A DNA stretch of 64,000 nt from Macrostomum lignano (taxonomy: Eukaryota). A program made the translations under genes and the position numbers. The notes beneath the pieces are model-generated. The model did no database searches. It was not told where the DNA came from and saw nothing but the letters and a program-made list of their open reading frames with translations. Of this stretch, positions 1 through 13,849 are shown piece by piece (positions within the stretch are counted from its first letter, which is position 1; the number at the start of each line of letters is the position of its first letter). The DNA lies in contig NIVC01000576.1 of assembly GCA_002269645.1 (NCBI GenBank), positions 124,001 through 188,000 of the forward strand, in the 5' to 3' direction.

Positions 1-214
1 TAGCTTATTTAAGCCTTTTTTCTCAAGTGCTCGTGAATTATGCATACTGATCGTTAGGGAATTTTTTTGTTTTAATCGCTAAACAGAAAATTTAATCACA
101 TTTTGAACTTCTGAAGCCGTGTTTTTAAAGACTCCAAACTTTTCTCCGAAGTTTGATCCTTGTATGGTGGCTGGGTGGGTCTTACAATTTTAATGTGGAT
201 CTTAATTCGGTTTC

Positions 215-1260
215 GAAGAAGCCGGGCACCACAAGGCTAAAGAGCATCAAGGCATCTATCTGTCTTCAGTCCTTCGCTGGAAAACCGTTCAACCGGATGC
301 TGTCTCGCGGTTGAAGCCCGTGCTGGATCCGTACCTGCGTCCTGAGCAAAAGGGGTTCCGGACCCATCGCCGCACATTGGCGCAGAACCTGGCTGTTTGC
401 CGAGCCATCGACAAGGAGCGGATAGTCGATCCTGATTGCTATCTTTGTTGATTTCAATATGGCATTCGACTCAGTTGTCAATGCCGTGCTGAAAATCGTG
501 CTCCGCGCGTAAAACGCACTAGAGCAGCTGATTTCCGCCATAATGGCGAAATACTTCGACACAAAAGCTGCTGTGTCAATAACAAACAGCCTATCGGACT
601 TCTTCAAGACATCCCCGAGACGCTTCAGGGAGATACGCCAGAGTCGTCCCTGTTCGTTCTGGTGCTTGACTGGGGAGGGGGGCGGCGGACTGCTCACCCT
701 TCTAATGACGACTGCTTTCTGCTGCAGCGACGCGTGGGTCGACGTTAACCGGAGAGGCAGCTCAGCGTACTTGGCTACGCCGAAGATCTCAACTTGCTGT
801 CCTCGAACATCCAGTGCGACCAGCGACAGCTGCACAGGCTGGTGCTGTTGCGGCGAGTGTCGGTCTGGTTTTTAACAGTCAAAAGACTGTCGTGCTCTTC
901 CCGCCGCGACTTCGAGGCTGCAATTTTGTGCCAAGGCGCTGACAAAACTTCCACGATATACATCGGCGGTCTGGTTCCTGAAGCACGGGAAGATTTGCGG
1001 CGTCGCCGAGGGCTTGCCAGGGCTGCCTTTCCTTCTGTGATTGCGATCCTGCAGTCAAAGCCCTACATGTACCTGACCTCCAGTGGGCGGCGTTGTTCCA
1101 GGTAGTTGTCGAAACCGTCCTGCTCTATAAGGGTGTGACTTGGATGCTGATGGATTTGCTCGAGCAGCAAGTTGACACGGCGAACGCTGTCCTGCTGTGC
1201 GCCGCCTTTAAGATGGGAACGAGTGAACCACTAACATCGACGCGCCAGCAACAGTCCGTC
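215..1260 (+). mobile_element. Decayed RT-domain fragment of an RTE-like non-LTR retrotransposon, same family as 50786-54028
   Basis: The DNA follows the intact element closely (gaagccgggcaccac, gtgctggatccgtacctgcgtcctgagca, gtcgaaaccgtcctgct). Peptide remnants such as IGGLVPEAREDLRRRRGLA and FQVVVETVLLY are broken by frameshifts and stops. Confidence 0.88.
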
Positions 1261-1952
1261 CAAGCAGACGGCAGCTCCAGCTGGCAGGCAACACCATTTG
1301 TGCCTGTTTTCGCGCTCAAGCCCTCAGGCAAGCCCTGTGATGTTGTTTTCACTGTTAATTTCAGGTCACTGACACTATCATCTGTCAAATGTCACGGCAT
1401 ACCCCGATAAAGTGACACTCTAAAAAGGTCTCGAACACCTACTGAATTATCACGACTATTCAAAAATTCATTCTCTAGCGTTTTAAACAGTGTTTGACAA
1501 CAGTCTGTAAACAAGAGCTTATCTGTTAATCAGCGTTAAGCATAGTAAAGATTTCAAGAGGCACCGTGCCGGGGCGTTTTCCCGTTTTTCTGAAAAAAGT
1601 TCAGACTTCTTCATTTTAACGTCGACGCCTTTGCCATCAACAGAATTGTGGATTTTCATTAACGATGCCCGTATTGGTAGCTCGTATTGGTAAGGCAATT
1701 TCAATTATGCCAGCAGATTGTATTTTTTAAACTGACCACTCATCGCGCCACTGTTTCAATCGACATAAAAAATCGAACAGCTATATATTTACACAGCAGT
1801 TGCTTCAGTTTAAAATATTGTTTAACCGCATCGCACATTATCCTTAACAGCGCAAGATAAGAATATATTCGTTTGGAATATGGCTCAATGCGGAAACATT
1901 CCAACAAATCTTCTCTCGAATTCTCCGTATCGTGTTATTGTAAGCCGATGAA

Positions 1953-4832
1953 CTAGACCGCCGAATCTCTATTTGCATTTTCGTCGACCGCCTGCTGTTC
2001 TTTGATCTCCTTGCCGACGTCTTGTGGCTCAACGGTGGCCCTACTGTGAGAAAAAAAGATTTTTAAAAGTTTTAATGAGTGAGCGAATAAATACGAGTAG
2101 TGAGTGAGTAATCGAGCAATGCAGCCTCACCTCCTCCAAGCCGCCAGCCTCCGGCAGTCCTCCAGCGTCTCAGGCAGCTCAATGCCCAGCGTCTCCGGCA
2201 GCAGCAGCGATGTCAGGCCGGCCAGCAAGGCGAGGCAGCCGGAGATCAGCAGCGGCAGGGCGGCGCCAAAGGAGCTGGCGATGAACTTGCGCTGCGGGGT
2301 TGCGGGAGGGTGTGCGAGATTCTTGGACATTCAACACTCAAAACCATACGTTTCAGAGCATAGCAGCATGCTTTAAACCTTACACCATATCTGCAAGGAA
2401 GAGACCCAGCAAGTCTCACTCAGGCCTCACCATATCTGCCAGGAAAGGAGCCAGTAGCGTCCCGGCTCGACCCGCAGTGCTGGAACTCCCTACAGCCATC
2501 TGCCGCACTCCGGTGTGGAACATCTCCGCAGTCCACAGGTACGCAACGCCGAACGCGGATGTGATCCCGATTTTCCCCAGCATCGCGAGCGTCACCAGCA
2601 GCCAGTCCAAGCCGCCGTCGGCTGGTCCGAACAGCTCTACGAAGATGGTGCTGCACAGGGCTGCGGCAGCGAGGAACATGCTGCCCGCGTGAGTGACTCG
2701 TCGACCAAGGCGACCCGCCAGAGCGTGCGGCACTACGTAGCCGATCAGCTCAGCCAAGGCGTTGAGAAACGAAGTCAGGTAGATGTCGCCAGGTAGGTTT
2801 CCGGAGCTCAGACTGAGGCCATAGTACACTAGAGCGATCACCCACCTATGACAGGCGGTTACAATACGCTTGTACAGGGAAGGACATAAACTTATTGTTC
2901 TTAGAACTGAGGCCAAGGAATCTCATGATCAAGCTGCTCACCACTGCAGGAACATGTTCATAGTCATCAGCGCTGTCTGCTTATTGGTGAAAACTCGAAG
3001 GAAGCTCGTCTGCTCGGAGCTGTCCGCAGCGGACGAAGTCGGTGACGAGCGGTCGCTGTCGTCAGCGGACTCGCTGTCTGGCGTCTTGGAGACATTCTCG
3101 CTTGGCGGCCTCAGCTCCAAATCCGTGGGCAGCTCGACGCCGTTGACTTTGGCCGCCTTTCTGATCAAAGCCTCGGCCTCAGCCAACCGGCCTCTTGAGA
3201 TCAGCCAGCGCGGCGACTCGACCAGTAGCCTGCGGAAGGATTGACGGACTGGATTAATAAGACTCATTCAACGGTTTCTCCTACTGCCGGCTCATTAGAC
3301 CTCTCACCAAATCAGCAGAATGGAAAAAAGTGGCAGAGCGCCGACCGCAATGTTTAGCCAACGCCAGTAGCGCAGCAGATGAGCAACGCCAACCAAGAGG
3401 ATCAAGCCGACAGCGTAGGCGTATTGAATCACGATGCCAGCGTGGATTCGAGCCTGGGGACCGATGAACTCGATACCTTTAAGCGAATAGAGCAGGCTAA
3501 GACGCATGACATGAAGAAATGAAACGAATGACTGCTACTTACCTACGACGAAACCGGTTGTTAAAGAGCTAGCAAAGCCAAGTCCAACGAGACACCGAAG
3601 CACCCAGAACGAATAGGGGTCCGAGGAAACGGTGGACGCCAGACCCGACAGGCCCATGAGCAGCATGGATCCAATTAGCACAGGTTTTCTACCGAACCTG
3701 TTCAGTATCAGATTCATGTTGTTGAAGATTTATTAGCATGCGAAGGCGTGACAAACGCTTTTGTTAAGCCTTCTAATATGACGACTATACTGACCGATCC
3801 GACAGAATCCCGGACATCCATGCTCCAATCAGGACGCCAATAAGTTGACTCTGAACCAGAGTGGTGACCAGAACTTCTCTGCCCGCGTCACAAACGTAAT
3901 TGAGCTGGCATCGAAAGGAAGCATGATATTTGTTGAAGCATGCATATTATTTACTATAGTTCCGTGAAGCTGACTGAATTTAACTCTAGCTTTGCTCTCT
4001 CTCCACACCAACCATACTCCCATGCACACTCCCTGCTCACCTCAGACGGAAACGTGTCAATAAACTCGGACTTGTCGAACACGAATCCTGCTGAGCAGCC
4101 GGTCGTTGAGTTGGTTCCGTTGCCACCGTTCAGGCGGCACGCCTCGAAGCAGTCCGCTGCGCCAGGAACTGCACATCCGGATTTCTTGAGCGGGACGTCC
4201 GCTTCAATCAGACTCGAGTTGATGCCCCAGTGATCGGCTGGGCCGAGACGAGGCACCCGACAGCGATGCTTGGGGACGTTGAGGATGTAGACCGGGACTA
4301 TTGCAGCCCAGCCTGTGAGCATTTTACGAGTAAACTCGCACTTGTTTGATTGAGATAAACAGTGTCAATAACTGCTACAATGAGCCAAAAACCTTCCTAT
4401 CTCAATCCTAACAGAACCTTTAGAAAAGCCTAATTCTGAGCCATTGTACCGGTAAACTTAAACACACCCTGAACCCAAAATTTGAACCCTACGTTCTGAA
4501 CTGTAAGCCCCGAAACTGTAACGAACTCTAAACGTCCAATCCAAGGCTTTCAAACCTGTACATGTATACCTGAAACATCCCGCAGAATCGCTATAAAAAA
4601 TCATGCTAACAAAATCACACCGCACATCATCACCCATCACTCTACACTGTATTCATTGACCCACCGAAATGCTCTACAGACCCGCCAGATGCATCACCTT
4701 GAATATGTAAATCCAATAACAAAAAAATTGAGTCTCACTGCAACAGACGGCGGCAAAGCAGGCCAGCAGATATTGGATCTTCTGGAATCGGCCAAAGGAG
4801 CCAATTTTCTCGATAATATCGTCCAGAGACAT
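1953..4832 (-). CDS. SLC22-family (organic cation/anion transporter-like) MFS transporter, 584 aa
   Basis: Exons 4832-4739, 4312-4041, 3904-3795, 3697-3543, 3476-3308, 3229-2942, 2845-2431, 2291-2131, 2043-1953; all GT-AG, phase-consistent, 1755 nt. Motifs: [14 protein letters not shown], Cys-rich first loop, [40 protein letters not shown]. Confidence 0.92.
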
Positions 4833-5954
4833 TTTTCAAGACAGTTGAATGCAAGAATCAGATATTCTCTAGTCCGGCTGCTATTGAGTCAGTTCGGACA
4901 GATTACGCTTCCACATTATAAGTACTCCGCGCATCTGTACTGCTAAAAGTGAGTACGTCTTTTGCATTATCATTAGCAATAGCATTCTTTCAAATGGAAC
5001 TTTTCCCTCAAGCACAGTGCGCATTTTGTACGTGTTTCGTACGCTTCGAAATTTGAACGCAGATCTCTATACTTACGAGCTACGCACAGCTAATCAATTT
5101 TTGAAACTTTCCATAAAGAAAATTTATTCTCAAATAAAGTGCTCTAAGCGTCGCTTATCAATGCTGGCAATGAAAGCTTGAGAATTTTCAGAATTTCTAT
5201 TTACATTTCAAATAAAAATTGGTTGACACTTCTATTTCTAAGGTATAACGGAATTTTCCCTCTTATCTGTTTTTATCTGATTCTATGCAGTTTTGTCGTT
5301 GCATAAATCATGCGCTCTGACTTGCATTCGTGTCTCGATGAAAGACAACGCAAGGCTAACGTTTTGTTTTGATTAACAGTTTGTGAAAATTATATTTTGA
5401 AATTTCGTTAGTGGCTGAATGATAGTGTTCTCGTAGATAGGAAATTTTCATTTTTCAGCACAAAAATTGTTATTGCTTTCGATTGGAGGCAGACCCAATG
5501 TTCATCTTTAGATATGTTAAGTCTATCTGATAGTTCTTTCGATATTCATAAAAGCTTTTCGTTCAGAAAATTAGGATTCTATGTTAATTTTTTATTGAAC
5601 GTGCAATTGCAATGTTCTGTGCCTAAAAACCATTAAAATGACACGGCTCGGCTCATTTATTTTATGAATCTATTTTGTCATTCTTAGCTGACTGTGTACA
5701 ATATGTGTTATAGAGATGATAAAATAGATTCATTAAACGAAAGATTCGAGCGTTTTTATGATTTTTGGGTACAGGAAATGTACCTATGTAGAATAAGAAA
5801 TTTCGGCGAAAAGTGGCCTTTAAAACTTTTTTTCTATGAAAAGTGAGTGTCGCGTCGTTTACGAGTATATACGTTGCTTAAGTTATCCTTGAGATTTGTT
5901 TATTTAGTTTATATTTTCTCACGGCTAATACTGAACAAGACGCGCCCTAATTCT

Positions 5955-6118
5955 CTATGATGCCTCACATACCGCCCTATGATACCTCACATACCACCCT
6001 ATGATTCACATAAATAAATCACCCTATGATCCTCACATACCCTATGATACCTCACATACACCCTATTATACTTCACATACCGCCCTATGATACCTCACAT
6101 ACCGCCCTATGACACCTC
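5955..6118. repeat. Minisatellite, about 22-23 bp unit (ccgccctatgatacctcacata)
   Basis: About 7 imperfect tandem copies read directly. Confidence 0.85.
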
Positions 6119-6767
6119 AAATAAGTTTTTGTTTTAATTTTTTAACGTTAAAACCTTGATAAAATTTAAAACTGCACTTAAGCAGCATGCGGGCGATTGT
6201 GTATTAAATAAATACACAATGAATATCATTCGCTTTGCATCAATAACAAACGTAAGACTTCCAAGCGTCACATGATCGCGCATAATCTTTGCACAAAAAC
6301 GAGACTAAGAGATTGATTTGGCTTCATTCGTATTATGAATATGAATATAGCAGCTGACGTTTTCATTACTGAAGATCAATTATATGCCAATGATTGATTC
6401 AGCCGTGCTAATGGTTGGAATATGATATGTCGATAGGTTTCCCCTTTTGTTGACTTTTCTGAGTCCGCTGATTGCAAAGCAGCTATGCATGCATTTCTCT
6501 CTCTAATCACGCATGTAACCTGGCTCTCCAACTCTATCACTGTCTTTCATCTCGCGCATTTGTCTCCATTGAGGCCGGATACTATAGGCCGCGCCGACAA
6601 CAGAATCCAGGACTGACGAAAGCGTCGACGAATCACCAAGTAACGCTCCGGTAAGGGCCTGTTTAAATTACCACTATAGTAGCTTCACGGGTCGAAGATT
6701 GTTCAAAGCAATTTTAAAATGGATTCGAACCAACTATACATTGATTTGAGTAATATTTGACCCGCAA

Positions 6768-6960
6768 TGTGAAGAGGCTTTTAGATGCCTCCAGCATCAG
6801 AACAGCATCTCCTGTGTACTGACTCAGGGCAGTACAACTCGGCACGAATGATACTGGATGACCACATCAGCTTGGTCAGCTTTCGTTGGGCGCCCTAAAC
6901 GATCAGGTACAGTAGGGGATCACACTGCCACCGGAAAGCATTCTTCGTTGGTTCAAAGGG
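6768..6960 (+). mobile_element. Possible highly decayed Gypsy RT-connection/RNase H remnant
   Basis: FDPQCEEAFRCLQ resembles W...C..AF..LK; HLLCTDSG in a shifted frame resembles F.L.TDAS. Short and frameshifted. Confidence 0.3.
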
Positions 6961-7984
6961 CAGTCCACGGAATCTAGTCAAGCACCAAGACGATCCGAAG
7001 CGGCCTAACCCCAGAGGCCGGCCTCGAAGAAGTCAGAGACCATTCGGTTTTGAGACAGCAGCTTTCGTGTTGCAGAACGTCGCCATGATAGTGGACATCA
7101 GAAATTGGAGTATACGTGTAGCATGTCATTAGGCTCATACAAAAAGTGATCTACTTTTCTCAGATCTCAGCCCCAAGTGACGCAATTTCCACCACGCCCG
7201 TGCTTCTCGTCTCAACTTCAACTGTGGGTGATGTAATTTGCGTCACAAGAGTAGGCTGGTTTATGGCTAGAGATGGATTAAAGATGCCCCTTTGACAATC
7301 GCACTGGTTTCGGGTGAAAACTTTAACATGTTGCTGAGTGTATGTGTATGTCTTGAGCCAAACCATCTAGCCTTATTAAAAAAACATAATAACTGCACAA
7401 CTGCACAAAACGAAAGGTGCCTATAAATAAATTTACTACATAAATGCCTCACAAACGAGCTAGACCACCGTGCAACTCATTTTAAATGGGCTCTTTTGTT
7501 CAAAGTTACTTGAGAGCTAGATCCAACTGGTTCAATCTTATGACGCATCTCAATCTCGGGGTCTGTGCTATTCTTTAAGCCTCCGTGCATTTCAAGCTAA
7601 AGCTGCCGCTCTCACTGCTCACAGTGTACGTGTATTTTTTGCGACAATTAATTAAAGCATAGAATTGCACAATTGAAAGTCTGGGAGAGACAACCGGCCT
7701 CTTATAAGCTGATTCAATTATTGTTTGTGTGCAGTACACGCAAGTACACTCTAATCTGCGAGTACACGTGCACAAAGTGCATATCATTCAGACCAGCACT
7801 GTACGTTCTTGAATCAGCTTTGGTCTCCCCCTTTCTCCCTTCTCTCCCTCCATTGCTCTCTCTCTCCCTCTCTCTCTCCTCTAAGCCTCTCTAATTCTCT
7901 GTCCAAACCAACCAGCTCTCTTAGCCCTCCCCCCCAGTCCCTCAAACTCTCCAGCAGTGCGCACAAGGTGGGAATAAGCCGGTT

Positions 7985-8125
7985 TCCCACAGCCAGTGCA
8001 AAATATATTTATACAGACCCCGCCCTTTAGTTCTACTCCGCTCTCTCTCTCTCTCTCCCAACGCTTTTTCTGTACCAAGCTATCGCATAGTCAGTCTGTT
8101 ACAGTCTGCTCCATCCGCAGTACGA
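7985..8125 (+). promoter_or_regulatory. Putative annexin core promoter / 5' leader
   Basis: TATA-like tatatttata at 8004-8013, Inr-like ttagtt at 8027-8032, flanking CT-rich tracts. An acceptor-like ccgcag lies 5 nt before the ATG. Confidence 0.3.
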
Positions 8126-10280
8126 ATGGCCGTCTCCAAAGTTGACCAACCGTTCAACGCTCTGGCCGAAGCCGAACGACTTCACAAGGCTATGAAGGGC
8201 ATCGGCACCAACGAAAATCTCATCATCGACGTCCTTGGACATCGTCCGTCGCATCAACGAGCCGAGATTGCTAAAGCATTCAAGACGTCCTACGGCAAGG
8301 AGTTGGACAGCGCGTTAAAATCAGAGTTGAGCGGCGACTTTCTAGAAGTGTGCGAAGGTTTGTGCTACTGTCTGAGCGAGTACGATGCCAAGTGTCTTTA
8401 CAGTGCCGTCAAGGTGAGAATTTGGATAGTATACTCTGACGCTTTGCTTAAAAGGGTATTGCTTACACTGTCTATCCAGCAATTTGGAGGGGTTAGAAAT
8501 ACATGTACTGCTATCGGGTCGCTTTCACAAGCGCTAAATTTCACAAGCGCTAAACTTCACAAACGCTAAGCACGAATGTCGTCTACTTTCACAAGCGCTA
8601 AAATAGTTAGTATATTAGTATAGTATATTAGTATTAGTATATTAGTATATATAGTAAATTAACATTTTAGCGCTTGTAAAAGAAACCGACATTCGTGTTT
8701 TGGGGATTGTAAAGGTTAGCTAATGTGAAGTTTAGCGCTTGTGAAAGTAGGCGACATTTGTGTTTTAGCGGTTGTGAAGTTTAGCGTTTGTGAAGTTTAG
8801 CGCTTGTGAAAGTAGGTGACAAATTCGTAGCTAATGTGAAGTTTAGCGTTTGTGAAATTTAGCGCTTGTGAAAGTAGGTGAGTTAGCGCTTATGAAAATT
8901 AGCGCTTGTGAAGCCTCCCCCTGCTATCATGGGTCGTAGACATTGGTCTGTAGATTGTGGGGTGTATGTTCATATTTTTTCCATCAAGTATCAAGAAAAT
9001 TTACTCATACTAATGCGAGACGAAATGTTCCTAAATCTTTTCCCAAGGGCGCCGGCACTGACGAGGAAGCGATAATCGACATCTTGTCTTCGAGAAATAA
9101 CGCTCAGATTCAGGCCATCAAAGCCTCTTATTCGAAGGTGCTGCACCGCGATCTCGAAGCCGACATCAAGTCGGACGTTAGCGGCAACTTCGGCCGTGTC
9201 CTGGTCGGGATCCTGACCGCCAACAGGGATGAGAATCCCAATGTTGATCCCAACTTGGTTGCGCAAGATGTTGAGGCTCTGTTTCAGGTAATTAAGATCT
9301 ATTTTGCATGCAAAAAGTTGCTTCTTACAAGAAAATCAATTCGGAAAAATAATTCACTACAACTTTCTTGACATTTTACCTATGAGCGGATATTCAGGAT
9401 GCCATGACTCTATTTGATCAATTCGATCACTTTATCAATTTTCTAAACCCGAAGAATATTATAACATTTGTAGATTGAAAAATCAGAGATATAATTTGGC
9501 TACTTCTTCGACACCTAAACTTTAAAACGTCTAAAAGTCTCTTTCGTTAGTAAAGTGACTTTTAGTTTTACACAATGAACTTGATTACAACATCGCAGCA
9601 AGGTATAAAGTTGCACTTTACACCTCAAAGGGGGTTATGTAGTCAACAATTGATCAAGAGATTTAACTATACGTGCATAAATATGTAGTTTTCGAGTAGT
9701 ACAAGACATAACTTTTTACTGTGATTCACATCGATCTAGAGAAGCGTCCATCAACACTAGAAAGACGTTCAAATACACATTTTGACGCGAATTGTGTCGT
9801 AAAATCTTTAGTGTATTGAGCCCGTATACAAGTTAGCAAATTAACCTCCATAAACTTACCAAGGCCGGTGAGAAGAAGCTCGGTACGAACGAGTCCACCT
9901 TCAACCGCGTGATGTGCAGCCGCTCCTACCCGCACATCGCTGCCGTGGCCAGCGAATACGCCAAGCGTCACAAAAAGAACCTATTGGACGTTATCGATAG
10001 CGAAACAAGCGGCAGCTATTGCAGCCTACTGCGCAGTATCGTCTCCTACGCCATTGACCCGGCTGCTCACGTCGCCGAACTGTTCTACAAGAGTATGAAA
10101 GGCCTCGGCACTAACGATCGCCGCCTACAGCGCACCGTGATCTCCCAGTGCGAGTCCGACCTGCCAGCCGTGAAGGCCGCTTTCCAGCGTTTGCACAACA
10201 AGAGCCTGGCCGAGATGGTACGCGGCGACACGTCTGGCGACTATCGCAAAATCTTGCTGGCTCTTCTAGGCGAGGCCTAA
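8126..10280 (+). CDS. Annexin, four repeats, very short N-terminus, 314 aa
   Basis: Exons 8126-8413, 9048-9287, 9864-10280 (GT-AG, phase 0). Four endonexin motifs (MKGIGTNE, KGAGTDE, KKLGTNE, MKGLGTND), each with a downstream acidic cap (SELSG, SDVSG, SETSG, GDTSG). C-terminus GDYRKILLAL. Confidence 0.95.
8521..8914. mobile_element. Foldback/MITE-like element in annexin intron 1
   Basis: Left arm has repeated ttcacaagcgctaaa; right arm has the inverted tttagcgcttgtgaa; AT-rich spacer between them. Confidence 0.7.
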
Positions 10281-11973
10281 GCGGTTGAAACAAAACCGGA
10301 AGCTTCGCGTTTGTTTTAATGAATGCGAAATTTTTTCCGAGAGATCTGTTTACACTAAGACAAAACATGCAAGCATGCAAACAATGCAGGCTACGAAATA
10401 TTATAGTCAAGTTATATACCAGTACAGTGTACCTTAACTGACAAATAAGTATCCGTTGTTGCTTTTATGTCGGTTTGGAAATGCAATAATTCTGATATTA
10501 TTCGTTAGTAATATTATTACAACTTACTTTCTAATTCACATAACAATTCACAAACTCTGGTATTTCACGAACGCTTTGAGTTTTGTCTGAACTTATATAC
10601 CGTAATTCTCTTTTTGTGGATTTTTTCGGAAGAACAGCTTTTTTTTTGAGCAAAAAATGATCTATTCTACAGGCTGCAGTATCCTTTATCTAAGGCATTC
10701 GCGTGCATGAACCAACGTCTATCAGTACTTTACTTAATTATCCAAAGTTTTTATCTCTTTGTCGTAAAAATGCGCGTGTCTATCTTAATAACTATTTCCG
10801 TTGTTCATTTGTCAAATCTTTTCACTTTTATAGTATTTTCTTTGCAGCAGAATTGCAGCTGCTATTTTGTTTATCCGCGTGACTTAAACACATTCTAAAA
10901 ATTGATAGAATAGCTAACTTAATATTTACCTATTATTTTCTAAACTTATTTATGCTATTCGGTGTATTTCGATTAAAACCACAGATTACCCAAAATGCAG
11001 AAAGATAATTTTTACTTTGTTAACACCATTTGTTAAATTGCAGTAATAACGCTTTTGATTTATCAACAAAAATATAAAAATCGTGCAAAGGTCATAAACA
11101 TGCTTAATTCTTCGATCTATTTGTTGATTGTGTAAGATAGATTCATGCTGGAGAAATTAGATTCAGAGACTTAACTTTCAGCTTAAAAAGAAATAATTCA
11201 ACGTTGAATCTTTCACGATAGCTACTAATCGGCACTCTAAACTCTCGAACCCGCCCAAAAATCCGCAGCGCAATTTCATCGCCATCTTTTGGCGCGGCCC
11301 TGTCTCTGCTGGTCAAGTCCTTAATTTTGATCTGCCTTGCTAATTTGCTGGCCGAGTCACCGATATATGTAGCTGCCGTTGCTCATGAAAGAGCGCTAGG
11401 GGCATGGGATCTCCTAATGGGATATCCTAAGTCTCTATTTTCCGCATAATTAGCTGGCTGAAATCAAAACTGGAGAACTAAGCAGAGAGCCTAGATAACT
11501 GATCAAGCTGAGAGAGTTATCTGTGCGGGGTTGATTTTTTTTATATGCTCTGGCTTTTTGAATTTTATAATTTTTTTTGGTTGATTTTTTGAATAGGCAT
11601 GCATTTAATGGTAAGCAATTCAAACTAGTAATTTTTTTGGTTCCAGTAGCATAAATTTTTTGTGCATTTTTGGACTCTCATAATTCAGACTTGAAAAGCT
11701 ATCGCAGCTGACTACTTACAGTAATCTAATAAGAAACCTAAATTCCCAATTTTGAAATCTAAACGGCGCAACTCGATTTTATTATTCTGTCACAATTTGC
11801 CATTTACCAGCTATCACCACCGGTGAGCACTTTACCACTTCTTACCGGCTAGTGTTTACCAAATCCCACCGCTGCCACCATTTGATGGGTTTCGACCTTC
11901 GGGCTCCTTGTTAGGGAAGCCTTCGGGCCTCAGGCTCAGAAATAAATCAATTAGAGACCTGGCCCCCCACTCC

Positions 11974-13319
11974 TGTCAGATGGTCAGCCCCATGGTAGCT
12001 TGATCGTGTGGCGAGCAGTCTAGGTCCTACAGCTAAGAGAGGGACAGCGAGAGACGAGCAGGGAGAATTTTGAAAGTAGAAATTAGCTAATCCGCAGATC
12101 AACTAACTTGCTGCCACCAGCCCGTGCGCCCTGGCTCACCACACCGGGACTCTCGAAATCGGGCTTCCGACTAGAAGGGGCTTTGCACTTACCTGCCAAC
12201 TAGTGTCTTTTTGCTGTCAATCTCGAAGTCATAGCCGATGATAAGGGACACTGCTGGGACTAGATCGCATTGGCCATGCAGGTACAGAGGGACTTGTGCA
12301 GGGGATTGTTGCGGTGGCGAGTCTATGGGGTAGCTACATGTACTATTACATTGCTAAATACGAAGATATGTACTTTTGGCCTTCAACGCGCCAACTAGCC
12401 TCTCATAGCGCTGATGATAGACTAACTCGAACTTCAGAGACCGCATGATTCATTTACCCGAGCCGCTTGGCTAGAGTGCACAAAGTACATCTCTGGCGCC
12501 GATTCTGCACTTCTGGCAGTTTTGCTCACTGATTTGATAGATTGGTCGACTGAGAACTGCCTTGCCATTGGTCCACTGTGACCGGCGCCTACTAGCTTAG
12601 CTACTCATCTGAGCCATCAGCGAACAAAGAAATAAAACCGACAAAAATAACTGTTAGATTTAACCTTCTCCTTAGATCACTTCACACTTCAGATTGAATT
12701 GGAGTCTTAGACTACTAGCAGTAATATTGAATGATTCCTGCCTCAGCAACAGCACTACTGAACAAAATGAGCAAAAGTGTGCGCCTAATCCAGCTACTGA
12801 AACAGGGGACAGATAAGGGATCACCCAATCAAGCAAGTCTAGGTAGCCTCTCACCCAACCAATCAGAAACTCAACAGCCGGAGACCAGGTAATCCACAGT
12901 GACCGAATCGGCTCGATGCTCTGCAGCTGTAGACTCGGGATGATGCTGTCACAATCTTCGCTGTTAGCTAGCAGGTGATGCTCTTAACTTGATGTTCGCT
13001 GCTAATGACCGGGGGACTCGTCCTTGATGATGATGGGGGAAGTCGCAATCCGGGGATCAAGAAACGACGGTCGTGCTCCGGGAACCAGAAGTTGCGCGCT
13101 GGGCCCGAGCCAAAGTTGAGTCCGAGCGGGCCAAAAACTCCGGTTTAAATAGCCGCCAACTGGACCGCAGTTTGTTATAATGGAACACGTCGATTCTGAT
13201 TGGCTGAGCCGTTTTGTTAAAATGAGCGCCGAATTTTCTGATTGGCTAAGCTTGTTGCTACCCAGAATCACGTGACCGAGAGATCCTATCAGTTCCCACA
13301 GGGTCGTAAAAAGATGACA
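11974..13319 (-). mobile_element. Possible LTR-like segment
   Basis: Bounded by TGTCA...TGACA. The minus-strand 5' part has an E-box, two CCAAT boxes and a TATA-like tatttaaa. It lies downstream of a same-strand Gypsy RT remnant. No TSD or PPT found. Confidence 0.3.
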
Positions 13320-13849
13320 GGTGCGGCCATAAATCACTCAAAATCGCAACAAAATGATTTATGACTTTTCGCGTAGGATTGACAGAAATTAATGAAAAAA
13401 TATACATTAGAAAGCTCTTATTAAATAGAAAGTGAAGATAATGAAGAGAAATCGCTAATCGCTAATCCCAAGGTACTTTTAGGGGTAAAACGCATAGCTG
13501 TCAAAGCTGTCACACGCTTGAGTGAACACGAACAATAGGCTCTGACCTCATAAATCTTGATGGCCTGTCAAAATGATGAGAAAAAAGCTACCGCCCGCAT
13601 CCTCTCAGACCATCTGGCGCCCACCTCAACACTGAGTGAGGCGCAGGTGGCTGTCAGACCAGCTTCGCAAGCGATGATTTATGACCCAAAAAGCTGCGCC
13701 TATGTTATTATGACTACTAGTATGGTCAGACATTATATCTAGTATAGATTCTATGAAAATTCGCAGAAAAAGGATAAAAATGCCCATTGCCCACTGTTAG
13801 TAGGCAAGTAAGTTTAGAGCCCATGTGGAGAACCAGTAGCACCCGACCA

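Noticed and set aside
2127-2130. TGA at 2127-2129 as the SLC22 stop
   Set aside because: It lies within a GTGAG donor; splicing to exon 2043-1953 keeps the phase and adds a plausible acidic tail.
6610-6640. Hammerhead-like CTGACGA
   Set aside because: No stem II followed by GAAA.
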